Of a stretch of DNA of 64,000 bases, positions 31,381 to 41,699 are shown in pieces. Position numbers and translations under genes: made by a program. Numbering within the stretch: position 1 is the first letter of the stretch; every line of letters starts with the position of its first letter. Location of the stretch: assembly GCA_902629125.1 (NCBI GenBank), contig CACOPQ010000009.1, positions 14 through 64,013 of the forward strand, in the 5' to 3' direction. The notes under the pieces were generated by a model. The model saw nothing but the letters and a program-made list of their open reading frames with translations. It ran no database searches and was not told where the DNA came from. The DNA is from an uncultured Alphaproteobacteria bacterium (GTDB lineage: Bacteria; Pseudomonadota; Alphaproteobacteria; Thalassobaculales; Thalassobaculaceae).

Positions 31381-32600
31381 AGCTTTCCCATTTTTTCCAA
31401 TAGTGGTAAGACGGCTTCGAGATCTTTATCACCTCTACCGCACATATTCATGACAATAATATGATTCTTTGGTAAAGTTTTTATTATAGTCGCGATATAA
31501 GCTAAAGCGTGGGCAGGCTCTAGTGCGGGTATAATACCCTCAAGCCTTGAACACAATGCAAATGCTTCTAGCGCCTCTTGATCTGTGGCACAAACATAAT
31601 CAACCCTGCCGTTTTCAAATAGCCAGGAATGTTCTGGGCCTATGCCAGGATAATCCAATCCAGCTGAAATCGAATGAGCTTCAGTAATTTGTCCATCCTC
31701 GTTCTGCAATAAATATGTTCTGTTGCCATGTAGAATGCCCGGGCGCCCGCCCGTTAAGGATGCAGCATGTAGACCGGTTTCGACCCCATGTCCAGCGGCT
31801 TCTACTCCTATTATTTTTACGTCATCATCTAAAAATGGGTGAAAGAGGCCAATAGCATTTGAACCCCCGCCAATGCATGCAACTAATGTATCGGGAAGTC
31901 GGCCCTCTGCAGCCATGATTTGTTCTTTTGTTTCTTCACCTATTACACACTGAAAGTCTCTAACCATTTCTGGATAAGGATGGGGTCCCGCGACTGTACC
32001 GATTATGTAAAAATGTGTCTCTGCTTTAGATACCCAATATCTTAGTGCTTCGTTCATTGCGTCTTTCAGTGTCGAAGAGCCTGATGTTACGGGATGAATC
32101 TTCGCTCCCAACAATCGCATACGGTCTACATTGGGTTTTTGCCGTTTTACGTCCTCTGCACCCATGAAAACTTCGCATTCAAGGTTGAACAAGGCACAAG
32201 CCGTTGCTGTAGCAACACCGTGCTGTCCTGCTCCGGTTTCGGCAATGATCTTAGTTTTGCCCATTCGACGTGCTATGAGGGCTTGTCCCATTACATTATT
32301 TATTTTATGAGCGCCAGTGTGATTGAGCTCATCTCTTTTGAAATAAAGCTTAGCGCCATTAAAATGTTCAGTAAGTCGGCCGGCAAGGTAAAGAGGGCTT
32401 GGCCGTCCAATATAATGCTTTCTGTAGTACTCTAATTCGCTCCAAAAACTAGGGTCATTTTTTGATGCACGCCATGCATTACACACTTCAATTATTAAAG
32501 GCATAAGTGTTTCTGCTACATACTGACCACCAAAAATTCCAAAATGGCCATTTTCATCCGGAGCATTTCTCAACGTATTTGCAATTTCTTTGTAGGACAT
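31377..32600 (-). CDS. trpB: tryptophan synthase beta chain
   Basis: [14 protein letters not shown]-lysine motif and GGGSNAIG. Confidence 0.95.
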   Translation of the reverse strand: MSYKEIANTLRNAPDENGHFGIFGGQYVAETLMPLIIEVCNAWRASKNDPSFWSELEYYRKHYIGRPSPLYLAGRLTEHFNGAKLYFKRDELNHTGAHKINNVMGQALIARRMGKTKIIAETGAGQHGVATATACALFNLECEVFMGAEDVKRQKPNVDRMRLLGAKIHPVTSGSSTLKDAMNEALRYWVSKAETHFYIIGTVAGPHPYPEMVRDFQCVIGEETKEQIMAAEGRLPDTLVACIGGGSNAIGLFHPFLDDDVKIIGVEAAGHGVETGLHAASLTGGRPGILHGNRTYLLQNEDGQITEAHSISAGLDYPGIGPEHSWLFENGRVDYVCATDQEALEAFALCSRLEGIIPALEPAHALAYIATIIKTLPKNHIIVMNMCGRGDKDLEAVLPLLEKMGKL

Positions 32601-32672
32601 CTAGACCCCTTAGCTAAAGGATAGAAAATTAAATGCCGAAAACATAATATAAGAATAAATCTTTCAGCAGTT

Positions 32673-33344
32673 TTATAATGTTCTGACTGTTTTCATAAAT
32701 TCAATAATTTTATGATTATTTTTTATCCCCGCTTTATCTTCTACTCCCGACGAAACATCTACCGCTGTTGCTCCCGTGGTTTCTATCGCCTTATTAATAT
32801 TACTGATATTTAATCCGCCAGACAAAAACCAAGGTGTTGCAAGGGAAGCATTACTTAGCCAATTCCAATTAAAAGATATACCATTTCCGCCAGGCAGTGA
32901 ATGCGCTGTATTCACTGGTGCCGCAGCATCGAAAAGCAGAAAATCAGCAACTTTGTCAAATTTCGATACTTCTTCAAAATCTTTACGCTCTGAAATTTTT
33001 ATAGCTTTAATTATCTTTGTATTAAACTTTTGTTTTATTTTTGTTATGTCCTCTGCTGTTTCTGAGCCATGTAGTTGGATGATGTCGGGCGCTAAGTGAT
33101 TACTTATTTCTTCGAGTAAATTATCTGACGGGTTTACAACGACTGCCACAACTTTAAAGTCATCCGACCGTTTCTCCACTAAACTCGATGCAATTTCGGG
33201 TGTTAAAGACCTTGGTGATGGCGGAAAAAATACAAACCCAAGATAATCAACGCCACTAGAAATTGCGGTATCTATTGCGGTTTGCGAATTCATTCCACAG
33301 ATTTTCACAGTTAACTTACTACGCATTATTTGCCGCAACGTCAC
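32673..33344 (-). CDS. trpF: phosphoribosylanthranilate isomerase
   Basis: VKICGM start region, (LG)FVFFPPSPR and QLHG motifs. The true start may be the internal Met (MRSKLTVKICG) at about 33326. Confidence 0.9.
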   Translation of the reverse strand: MTLRQIMRSKLTVKICGMNSQTAIDTAISSGVDYLGFVFFPPSPRSLTPEIASSLVEKRSDDFKVVAVVVNPSDNLLEEISNHLAPDIIQLHGSETAEDITKIKQKFNTKIIKAIKISERKDFEEVSKFDKVADFLLFDAAAPVNTAHSLPGGNGISFNWNWLSNASLATPWFLSGGLNISNINKAIETTGATAVDVSSGVEDKAGIKNNHKIIEFMKTVRTL

Positions 33345-33684
33345 TTATGGGTTTAGTAATTTCGGTCCGACCCCTTCGCGACTCTATATTAGATTGTCTA
33401 AGCTGTTGATCCAAGCTTTTGATCTCTTTCTTAAACGTTTGCCTTTCTTTATATTTTTGAGGAAGGTTTTTAAGAGCCGAAAAAAGGAACCCTAGTATAA
33501 AACCGAGACCTAACGTTCCTAGGGATAATACATAGATGGGACTCTCTATATAGAGGTCGAAAGGCCAAAATTTTACAAGGCCCGAATGTTTATTGGAAAT
33601 TGCAAAAAGAACCACGGTAATTGAAACTGTGGTAAAAAAAAATACTTTAAGCAGCTTTAGAAGAATGCCCACTCTTGATAGCAT
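33319..33684 (-). CDS. LapA-domain (DUF1049) inner-membrane protein
   Basis: Two TM helices followed by a basic coiled tail. Its position between ihfB and trpF is conserved in Alphaproteobacteria. Confidence 0.6.
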   Translation of the reverse strand: MLSRVGILLKLLKVFFFTTVSITVVLFAISNKHSGLVKFWPFDLYIESPIYVLSLGTLGLGFILGFLFSALKNLPQKYKERQTFKKEIKSLDQQLRQSNIESRRGRTEITKPISDVAANNA

Positions 33685-33874
33685 CGAAACTCCTAAACTA
33701 TTAAAAAAAATTAGAATGTATTACGTGGTGAGTAAAAGGTTCCAAAAAAATGCCAATGCTACGAGATGTTTCACAATAAGATAATTTTGTCGGTTTATTC
33801 AAAGGCTGCTGTCCGTTTTAAATGCCTGCGTGCAAAACAGATGATCAACAATCTATTCCTATCCGTAGGAAAAA

Positions 33875-34153
33875 TTAATGATTAAGTTTTTCTCTCAATT
33901 GTTTTCCAGTTTTAAAGAAAGGAACGAACTTTTCGGTTACGGGAACTGAGTCTCCTGTCCGAGGATTGCGACCTGTTCGTGGCCCACGTTTTTTGGTCGC
34001 AAAAGCCCCAAAACCTCTAAGCTCAACGCGATTCTTACATTCTAACGCATATGAAATTTCCTCAAAAATAGTTGCTACGAGTATCTCAATGTCTCTTTGA
34101 AATAGATGAGGGTTAGCTTCCGATAACTTTAGAATAAGTTCTGACTTCGTCAT
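33875..34153 (-). CDS. ihfB: integration host factor subunit beta
   Basis: MTKSELI..., RGFG.F....R..R.GRNPRTG HU/IHF arm, 92 aa. Confidence 0.9.
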   Translation of the reverse strand: MTKSELILKLSEANPHLFQRDIEILVATIFEEISYALECKNRVELRGFGAFATKKRGPRTGRNPRTGDSVPVTEKFVPFFKTGKQLREKLNH

Positions 34154-34349
34154 TTCGCAAAGACCTAATCTCGATTGTTAAAACATTATAATAACGCAAT
34201 TTTACACAATACTCCACAGGCAAACTTCTTCAATTCCAGGCAGTCGTGCTATATAGACCATTAAAACTAAAAGGGTTCTAATCTCAAACAAAATCACTAA
34301 AAGGCGGGATGGAGCTTGGAAGAGAACCCCTAATATCTAGTGGCTGTTT

Positions 34350-36065
34350 CTAATTCTCGGTGTTTTGATCTTCCTCTTTTTGTTTCAATGCTGCGCCAAG
34401 AATATCTCCTAAACTAGCTCCACTATCAGACGAACCATATTCCGCCATAGCTTTTTTCTCTTCCTCTATTTCTCTGGCCTTTATAGATAGTGTGACTTTA
34501 CGGTTTTTTTGGTCGATCTGCGTAACTTTGGCATCAACTTTTTCTCCAACCGCAAAACGGTCAGCGCGTTGCTCGGATCTATCTCTAGATAATTCAGATT
34601 TTCTTACAAACCCAGCCATATTATCACCTACGGTTACTTCAATTCCAGTATCCAACAGCTTAGTGACGGTGGTTGTAACTATGATGCCTTTGCGAATTGT
34701 GGCGGCACCTGTGGTAAAAGGATCTTCTGTAAGTTGTTTAATTCCTAGAGAAATTCGTTCTTTTTCTGGATCGATATCTAAAACCTTTGCTTTTACATTT
34801 TCACCCTTTGTATAGTCGTTAATCGCTTCTTCACCAGGTCGCTCCCAATCAAGATCAGAGAAGTGTGCCATCCCATCGATTTCACCTGCAAGGCCTATGA
34901 AAAGTCCGAACTCAGTAATATTTTTGATTTCACCTTCTATCTCAGATCCAACAGGATGATTTTTCAAAAACTCGTCCCATGGATTCGGTAAGCATTGCTT
35001 AAGTCCGAGTGAGATACGCCTTTTTGAAGCATCTACGTCTAAGACAACGATTTCCACTTCTTGGCTTGTAGAAACGATTTTACCGGGATGAACATTTTTC
35101 TTGGTCCAACTCATCTCTGAAACGTGAACCAGCCCTTCGATACCAGGCTCCAGCTCTACAAAAGCTCCATAATCTGTAATGTTAGTCACTCTGCCGTTAA
35201 ATCGGGACTCTATGGGATATTTTGTGTCTACATTACTCCAGGGATCGACCTCAAGTTGTTTCATGCCAAGGGATATTCTTTGTGTTTCGGCATTGAACCG
35301 TATGACCTGAACATCAACCGATTGACCTATGGAAAGGGCTTCGCTCGGATGGTTAATTCTTCGCCAAGCTATGTCTGTTACGTGAAGTAGCCCATCAACT
35401 CCTCCGAGGTCAACAAACGCTCCATAGTCGGTTATGTTTTTAACAACACCTTGTAGTGTCTGCCCTTCTTGCAAATTGGCAACGAGTTCCGAACGAGCTT
35501 CGGTGCGACTTTCTTCTAAAACAGCCCTTCGGGAGACAACAATGTTTCCCCTTCTTCGGTCCATCTTTAATATTAAAAATGGCTGAGAAATTCCCAATAG
35601 GTGGGATATATCTTTTACGGGTCGGATATCTACTTGGCTGCCGGGGAGGAAGGCGGTTGCACCGGCAAGATCTACCGTGAAACCACCTTTAACGCGGCCA
35701 AATATGGTGCCATCAACCCGTTCTTGAGCTTCGAACGCTCTTTCCAATATAACCCAGGCTTCTTCTCTGCGAGCCTTTTCTCGGCTCAGCATCGCCTCTC
35801 CGTTTCGGTCCTCCATTCTCTCAACGTAGACTTCGACAAGGTCACCAGCTTTCAAGCCGTGTTCCTGACCCGGTGAAGTGAATTCTCTGAGCGCAACGCG
35901 CCCTTCAGACTTAAGCCCTACGTCAATGAGTGCGCTGTCACCTTCAATTGATATGATGGTGCCTTTAACGACACTTCCCTCAATGCTTACTTCGTTTCCG
36001 AAGGACTCGCTTAATAAAGCCTCGAATTCATCCAGAGTGCTCTCGCTTATATCTACGTCAGTCAT
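34350..36065 (-). CDS. rpsA: 30S ribosomal protein S1
   Basis: Six S1 repeats (for example GTIFGRVKGGFTVDL and GVVKNITDYGAFVDLGG). The ATG at 36065 has a perfect AAGGAG 5 nt upstream, so I prefer it to the track start at 36110. Confidence 0.95.
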   Translation of the reverse strand: MTDVDISESTLDEFEALLSESFGNEVSIEGSVVKGTIISIEGDSALIDVGLKSEGRVALREFTSPGQEHGLKAGDLVEVYVERMEDRNGEAMLSREKARREEAWVILERAFEAQERVDGTIFGRVKGGFTVDLAGATAFLPGSQVDIRPVKDISHLLGISQPFLILKMDRRRGNIVVSRRAVLEESRTEARSELVANLQEGQTLQGVVKNITDYGAFVDLGGVDGLLHVTDIAWRRINHPSEALSIGQSVDVQVIRFNAETQRISLGMKQLEVDPWSNVDTKYPIESRFNGRVTNITDYGAFVELEPGIEGLVHVSEMSWTKKNVHPGKIVSTSQEVEIVVLDVDASKRRISLGLKQCLPNPWDEFLKNHPVGSEIEGEIKNITEFGLFIGLAGEIDGMAHFSDLDWERPGEEAINDYTKGENVKAKVLDIDPEKERISLGIKQLTEDPFTTGAATIRKGIIVTTTVTKLLDTGIEVTVGDNMAGFVRKSELSRDRSEQRADRFAVGEKVDAKVTQIDQKNRKVTLSIKAREIEEEKKAMAEYGSSDSGASLGDILGAALKQKEEDQNTEN

Positions 36066-36070
36066 AATAA

Positions 36071-36076
36071 CTCCTT
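36071..36076 (-). promoter_or_regulatory. Shine-Dalgarno (AAGGAG) of rpsA
   Basis: Plus-strand ctcctt at 36071..36076, which reads AAGGAG on the minus strand, 5 nt before the ATG (36065..36063). Confidence 0.65.
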
Positions 36077-36269
36077 GGAAGGCCTGTTTCACTGCATGTT
36101 CGCACGCCATGAAATTGGGATTAAGTGGAACCTAGGCAAAACGATGAAAATATCAAGTTTTGGCGTCTGTATCACCTATCTTTTCGTCTATGATTAAGCT
36201 ACGACTTCCTACTTAGCTTTGCCACTTTTGGTTGCAATTGCCGGTTATAGTTGACAGATAACCGACGGC

Positions 36270-36911
36270 TCAAAAACGTCGGGACAGTATCCAATTTTTA
36301 GCCGCCTCAAAGCTGACATCAATGCTCATATTAGATGAATTAATCACTATTGAGTCTGATGCAACCACCAATGGGGCGTCTTTTCTATTTGTATCGCGTT
36401 CGTCCCGAGAACGCATTTCCTCAAGAACCTCACAGTATATAACGGTCGGATCACTTTGAAGCAACTCTTTCCAGCGTCTTTTTGCCCTTATTTCTAGATC
36501 GGCCGTAATAAAGATCTTGAAATCGGCTTCAGGGCAAACAACTGTGCCAATATCACGCCCGTCTAGAATAACTCCATCCTTACTTGGATCAGGATTTTGT
36601 GCAAATCTTCGCTGGCGCTCAAGCAGCTCTTGGCGTACACCGGGGATAGTAGCAATTTTAGATGATAGGTCAGAAACCTCTCGGGCTCTTATCCCGGTGT
36701 GATCGATAGTGGTTATGGATACTTGGCGGGCCACTTTCTTCGCAGCTCTAATATCTTTTTCGTTCATGCCCTCAGTCAGCATTTGTAAAGCTACAGCACG
36801 ATACAAAATCCCAGTATCGAGATAACTAAGATTAAAATATTCTGCGAGTTTTTTGGCGATTGTTCCTTTCCCGGATGCAGCGGGTCCATCTATTGCTACA
36901 ATCAAATTCAC
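36270..36911 (-). CDS. cmk: cytidylate kinase
   Basis: IAIDGPAASGKGT P-loop; 1-nt overlap with the aroA stop. Confidence 0.9.
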   Translation of the reverse strand: MNLIVAIDGPAASGKGTIAKKLAEYFNLSYLDTGILYRAVALQMLTEGMNEKDIRAAKKVARQVSITTIDHTGIRAREVSDLSSKIATIPGVRQELLERQRRFAQNPDPSKDGVILDGRDIGTVVCPEADFKIFITADLEIRAKRRWKELLQSDPTVIYCEVLEEMRSRDERDTNRKDAPLVVASDSIVINSSNMSIDVSFEAAKNWILSRRF

Positions 36912-38251
36912 TAGTCCTTTCCTTTGTCTCCAAAGTCTAGGTTTGCTCCCAAGGATTTCATTATTGCTACGAAACCTGGAAAGCTAGTATTAATTGTGGT
37001 GCCATCATCAATAATGATTGGATGTTTAGCATTAAGGCCCAGCGTTAAAAATGACATTGCTATTCTATGATCTAGTTGAGTTTGGATTAGGGCGCCGCCG
37101 TTAATTTGGCCGCCAGTTCCATGTACAGTTAAGCTGTCGGAGGTTTCTTCTACTTTGACGCCGCAGGCTTGGAGCCCACTGGCCATTGCGGCTAACCTAT
37201 CACTTTCTTTTACACGTAGTTCTTGTAATCCCAGCATTCTCGTCGTGCCAGACGCACAGGCAGCTGCGACTGCTAGAATTGGATATTCGTCTATCATCCT
37301 GGGTGCAATGCTAGCTGGGACCGTCACTCCCTTAAGTTCACTAGTCTCGACTACAATATCCGCTATTGGCTCACCCACCCCATCATATTTTTGCATCACT
37401 TTGGTTTTTGCTCCCATCTCATTCAAGATTTCAAATAGCCCAAAACGCAAGGGATTAATTCCAACATTTTTAATTTCGACACGCGAGCCTTCAGTTAAGA
37501 TACCTGCAACCATCGGAAACGCGGCAGATGAAGGATCGCCAGGAACGAAGATATCTTGTCCCTTTAGTTCACTTTCACCTTCTAACGTGATTATATTTTG
37601 GGATTCCTCGTCAGTTTCGATACTTATCTCTGACCCAAATTGTTTGAGCATTCTCTCCGTATGGTCGCGTGTTGGCGCGGACTCTCTAACAATAGTCTTT
37701 CCTGGAGTGTTGAGACCAGCTAATAAGATTGCCGATTTCACTTGAGCCGAAGCTACCGGAAGTGAGTAGTCTATGGGCTTTAGAGTTCGAGGCCCGCTAC
37801 ACGCTAATGGAAGAAGACCTCCGGGCCTCGAAATAAAGCTCGCGCCCATCATTTCCAGTGGCTTTAGTACTCTTGCCATTGGGCGACGCGAAAGAGACTC
37901 ATCGCCACTAAAGAAAGAAGTTATTGGATTGCTTGCCGCTACCCCAAGCAGCAAACGCACGCCGGTTCCAGAGTTTCCTAAGTCAAGAATTTTTTTAGGC
38001 TCATCTAAGCCACCAACTCCAAGTCCATAAATATGCCATTTATTGTCAGCTTTTTTTTCAATTTCAGCGCCGAAGGCCTTCATAGCTGAAATGGTAGCCA
38101 AAATATCTTGGCTTTCTAAAAGACCGTCTATCGTTGTTTCGCCAATACCTAACGCGCCAAGAATGATGGAGCGATGTGAAATAGACTTATCACCGGCTAT
38201 CTTTATAGACCCAGTTAGGTTAGTCGACAGATTAGCTTTGATGCTGGCCAC
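36911..38251 (-). CDS. aroA: 3-phosphoshikimate 1-carboxyvinyltransferase (EPSP synthase)
   Basis: GDKSISHR, LGNSGTG.R.L and KESDR motifs. Confidence 0.95.
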   Translation of the reverse strand: MASIKANLSTNLTGSIKIAGDKSISHRSIILGALGIGETTIDGLLESQDILATISAMKAFGAEIEKKADNKWHIYGLGVGGLDEPKKILDLGNSGTGVRLLLGVAASNPITSFFSGDESLSRRPMARVLKPLEMMGASFISRPGGLLPLACSGPRTLKPIDYSLPVASAQVKSAILLAGLNTPGKTIVRESAPTRDHTERMLKQFGSEISIETDEESQNIITLEGESELKGQDIFVPGDPSSAAFPMVAGILTEGSRVEIKNVGINPLRFGLFEILNEMGAKTKVMQKYDGVGEPIADIVVETSELKGVTVPASIAPRMIDEYPILAVAAACASGTTRMLGLQELRVKESDRLAAMASGLQACGVKVEETSDSLTVHGTGGQINGGALIQTQLDHRIAMSFLTLGLNAKHPIIIDDGTTINTSFPGFVAIMKSLGANLDFGDKGKD

Positions 38252-38455
38252 AAAAAAACTCCCATTTCCAATAATCTAACACTAGCATGAAATCACATTT
38301 CGATGTAGAACGACGTGCATTAATTTCATAACGGGTCTCTAACATAAAGTTAAAAGCCTGTCTGGCGGAATTTTGAGTCATTGTGAAATAGTTGAAATAT
38401 TTGTTTTCACTTTGACAATACTGCCTAATGGCGGTATTTCGGCGAATGATGGAAT

Positions 38456-38836
38456 TTGAAAAAATTTTGTGGAGGACTGAATTTGGCGATTAAAGAACGG
38501 GGCGTGAAAAGGAACTGCCAGGCGTGCGGAGCAGTTTTCTATGACTTGCTAAACGATCCAATAATCTGTCCAAAGTGTGGAAGCGAGTATGATCCAGAGG
38601 CAATATTAAAAAGTCGCAAAACACGGCTTCCCGCGGCGGAAGAAGCAGTAAAGATTGAAACCGAAGATGCCGGCGTGACCGACGAGGATGATATCGCTGG
38701 GGTAGAGCTAGATGATGACGAAGATGTTATCCTTCCTGACGTTGATGACGACGAAGAAGGGGACGTTGGAGTTGTGGATGAAGAGCCGCTGATCTCAGAT
38801 GAAGAAGTGGAAGATGAGTTAATAGATGATGATTGA
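38456..38836 (+). CDS. TIGR02300-type (FYDLN_acid) zinc-ribbon protein with polyacidic tail
   Basis: C-x2-C GAVFYDLLNDPIICPKCG zinc ribbon followed by about 60 residues dominated by D/E. A likelier start is TTG at 38483, 6 nt after GGAGGA (product MAIKERGVKRNC...). Confidence 0.7.
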   Translation: MKKFCGGLNLAIKERGVKRNCQACGAVFYDLLNDPIICPKCGSEYDPEAILKSRKTRLPAAEEAVKIETEDAGVTDEDDIAGVELDDDEDVILPDVDDDEEGDVGVVDEEPLISDEEVEDELIDDD

Positions 38837-38910
38837 AGAATTGAATGGTACTTATAAAACAAACCAAAAAATCTTAAAGCGGTAAAATTTTGAGTTAATT
38901 AGTTTATTGT

Positions 38911-38986
<76 letters not shown>

Positions 38987-39067
38987 CAAACTTTGAAGAG
39001 GGCTCCTTCTCCTTCCAAATATAAGTTGGCAAAAATATGAGTTACTTCCTATGGAAGTGAAATAATC

Positions 39068-39799
39068 ATGCGGAACATTTTTGTAATAACTAGTAGAGAA
39101 CTTTTTAGTTACTTCGGCTCCTCACTTGGATATATTCTGGCCGCTATCTTTGTCGCTATATCGATGGGTCTAACTTTCTATTTTGGGCATCTTTTTGATC
39201 GTGGCGTCGCCGATCTCAAAGCATTTTTTCAATACCATCCGTGGTTGCACCTCCTATTAATGCCGGCTTTAGGTATGAGATTATGGGCAGAGGAAATTAA
39301 ATTAGGAACTTTTGAATTCCTTATTTGTTTGCCTGTGAAGATAGTAGAGGTTGTAGTGGGAAAGTTCTTAGCGGCGTGGATATACTCAGGGGCGGTTTTA
39401 GTTTTAACATTCCCACTCTGGGTTACAGTAAATCTCATCGGTAATCCCGACAATGGCGTTATATTTGCAACCTATGGCGCCAGTTGGTTAATGGCAGGCG
39501 GATTTTTAGCATTAAGTGCTTGTGCATCGTCGATGACAAGCAATCAAGCTGTTGCATTTGTAATTGCGGTGACGATGTGTTTCTTATCTATGATGACTGG
39601 CGTTGAATTGATACAAGGCTCTTTTCATGGATGGGCGCCAGAGTGGCTTACTGAAACGCTTAGCCAATTAAGCATGATGTCAAATTTTGACGAAATTTCT
39701 AAAGGCGTTATTGAATTCAGAAATTTTCTTTATTTTTTTTCACTTATTACATTGGGTCTCTTGATTAACAGTTTAATAATCGAAATTAAAAAGGCGTAG
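39068..39799 (+). CDS. ABC-2 type transporter permease (GldF-like)
   Basis: Six-TM profile with the EEIKLGTFEFLICLPV motif typical of the GldF/NosY-like ABC-2 family. It is a paralogue of the partial ORF at 63630..64000. Confidence 0.7.
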   Translation: MRNIFVITSRELFSYFGSSLGYILAAIFVAISMGLTFYFGHLFDRGVADLKAFFQYHPWLHLLLMPALGMRLWAEEIKLGTFEFLICLPVKIVEVVVGKFLAAWIYSGAVLVLTFPLWVTVNLIGNPDNGVIFATYGASWLMAGGFLALSACASSMTSNQAVAFVIAVTMCFLSMMTGVELIQGSFHGWAPEWLTETLSQLSMMSNFDEISKGVIEFRNFLYFFSLITLGLLINSLIIEIKKA

Positions 39800-39809
39800 T
39801 TTTTCAATT

Positions 39810-41699
39810 ATGCACCGTTATTCGAAACATAATAAGCTTTTCAGATACTTGAACATCGTATTCCTTCTTATACTATTCGTGTCAGTTAACATCTGGGGTG
39901 GTCGCTTATTTAACTCTGCAAAGTTGGACTTGACGGAAGAAAAAATTTTTTCCATCTCCGAGGCTACAATTGAGGTTTTGAAAAGTATTAAAGAGCCAAT
40001 TCGGCTGAGTTTTTACACGTCTGAGAATCTAAGCGTTTTAGGCCCGGATTATTTAAGTTTAATGCTTAGAATAGAGGGGCTTTTAGAAACATATAAACTT
40101 GCGTCTGGCTCTAATTTAATAATTGAACGTATTGTGCCAAAGCCGTTCTCACCAGAAGAAGATCGAGCTGTTTCCAACGGAATACATGCAATACCAGACG
40201 TGCTTGGGAATAGTCAGATTTTTTTTGGTTTAACTGGGCATAATAGTACGGACGGTTTTTATACAATACCCCACTTTGCTCCAGAAAAAAATAACTTGAT
40301 AGAATACGAACTTACAAGACTAATTTTTGACTTGGTAAACACAAAAAAGCGGATAGTCGCAATTTATGGCGACCTACCTATTTCTGGAGATAAAACGCAA
40401 CAGGTACCCCCATGGACAATAATGGAGACAATAAAGCGTTTTTTTTCGGTCCAAATTTTATTTGGGGACGTGCAGCGCTTTAGCAGCGACATAGATGTAT
40501 TGGTATTAACCGAACCTGGCGAACTTTCAAAGACTACGCTATATGCTATTGATCAATTTATACTGAGAGGTGGAAGGGTTTTAGCATTCTTGGATCCTTT
40601 TAATGAGACGCTTGATATTTCGCAAAATGGTCAGCCTTCGGCTCCTAGATCGCAAGGGCTCGATAAATTTACTAAATTACTAAGTGCTTGGGGAGTCGAA
40701 ATTCCGAGAAGGACAGTCATTGGTGATCTGGGCGGTGCTATTAACGTGCAGATGACCAGAAATGATCGAATTTTAGCTACAAAATATCCTGTTTGGTTTG
40801 ATGTCAAAGAAGATGGTCTTGTGAGCGACGAGGTTGTCACTAGTGGTTTGTCTCGGGTAAGCCTGCGATCAGCAGGATATATTAAGCATTCGCCTCAGCA
40901 AGCTTTAAAATTTCAACCAATATTGTTGGCCAGCAAAGCATCTGGTCTTATAGACGTATCAAAGATCGAATACGCTCCGAACCCTGTAGAAATTTTAGCG
41001 AACTTACAAAAAACACCAGAGCAAAAGGTGTTAATGGCTAGATTATCTGGAGCCTTTAAAACGGCTTTTCCTGACGGGATGCCAGGACCAAAAGTCAACG
41101 GCGAAAATAATTTGCTTCATCTCAATAACAGTGCAGAACCCACCGCAGTGGTTATAGTTGCTGACGCTGATCTCTTGGCAGACGAAGTATGGCTGGAAAA
41201 TAAAAATATAGGAGGGCAAATATTAAAGGTTCCATTCGCAAATAATGGAAATCTTGTTGTGAATGCGCTTGAGCAATTGGTAGGTACATCTTCTATGATA
41301 GGACTTCGGGGTAAAGGGACCTTGAAAAGACGCTTTACTTTACTTGAGAAAATGGAACAAGAAGCCGAAATCAAATACCGTAAGAAAGAAAACAAATTAT
41401 TAACAAAAATTGAAGATGGGAAAAAATTAATCGACCAAATTCAAAGAACAGAAGTAAAGCAGGGGGTTGTCTATTCTCAGGAACAGCAATTGGAGTTAGA
41501 GAGAAATAGGAATGAGATGATCGAGGCCAGAAAAGAGTTGCGAGAAATTCAATTTTCGGCAAAAGAAAACATTACAGAGCTCAAAAATAGAATTATTTTT
41601 TATAACATTTGGTCAGTACCAATTTTACTTTTGCTACTGATTTTTAGCCTAAACTTTGTGCGAGTGATTAGTTGGCGTAAGTCTGTTGGAGAAAATTAA
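39810..41699 (+). CDS. GldG-like ABC-transporter auxiliary protein (ABC_transp_aux domain)
   Basis: N- and C-terminal TM anchors, a large periplasmic domain and a coiled coil before the last TM. Shared blocks with 61677..63629 include DLT....F.LS, RAV..G...IP, ADADLLAD and ANNG..V.NA.E.L.G. Confidence 0.7.
   Translation: MHRYSKHNKLFRYLNIVFLLILFVSVNIWGGRLFNSAKLDLTEEKIFSISEATIEVLKSIKEPIRLSFYTSENLSVLGPDYLSLMLRIEGLLETYKLASGSNLIIERIVPKPFSPEEDRAVSNGIHAIPDVLGNSQIFFGLTGHNSTDGFYTIPHFAPEKNNLIEYELTRLIFDLVNTKKRIVAIYGDLPISGDKTQQVPPWTIMETIKRFFSVQILFGDVQRFSSDIDVLVLTEPGELSKTTLYAIDQFILRGGRVLAFLDPFNETLDISQNGQPSAPRSQGLDKFTKLLSAWGVEIPRRTVIGDLGGAINVQMTRNDRILATKYPVWFDVKEDGLVSDEVVTSGLSRVSLRSAGYIKHSPQQALKFQPILLASKASGLIDVSKIEYAPNPVEILANLQKTPEQKVLMARLSGAFKTAFPDGMPGPKVNGENNLLHLNNSAEPTAVVIVADADLLADEVWLENKNIGGQILKVPFANNGNLVVNALEQLVGTSSMIGLRGKGTLKRRFTLLEKMEQEAEIKYRKKENKLLTKIEDGKKLIDQIQRTEVKQGVVYSQEQQLELERNRNEMIEARKELREIQFSAKENITELKNRIIFYNIWSVPILLLLLIFSLNFVRVISWRKSVGEN

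Noticed and set aside
36066-36110. Upstream start for rpsA (MACEHAVKQAFQGVI extension).
   Set aside because: The internal ATG at 36065 has a perfect AAGGAG at optimal spacing and gives the canonical S1 N-terminus. The extension would place that SD inside the coding sequence.
37155-37745. 196-aa ORF antisense to aroA, plus similar long antisense ORFs at 17508..17966, 15867..16259, 62431..62886, 63016..63405, 54022..54372 and 44888..45277.
   Set aside because: Each lies entirely inside a gene whose product carries unmistakable family motifs on the other strand. The antisense translations are low-complexity (S/P/A/I-rich) with no recognisable motif or SD. They are typical shadow ORFs.
38539-38862. 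Ser-rich 107-aa ORF on the minus strand.
   Set aside because: It is the reverse complement of the GAT/GAA/GAC acidic-tail codons of the FYDLN zinc-ribbon gene, so it is a compositional artefact.
39037-39060. Seven-codon uORF (MSYFLWK) plus a 6-bp hairpin ACTTCC-TAT-GGAAGT just upstream of the first ABC-2 permease start; possible leader or translational control.
   Set aside because: Both are too short to distinguish from chance in 64 kb of AT-rich sequence, and there is no supporting conservation. Only worth revisiting if the leader is conserved in orthologous loci.
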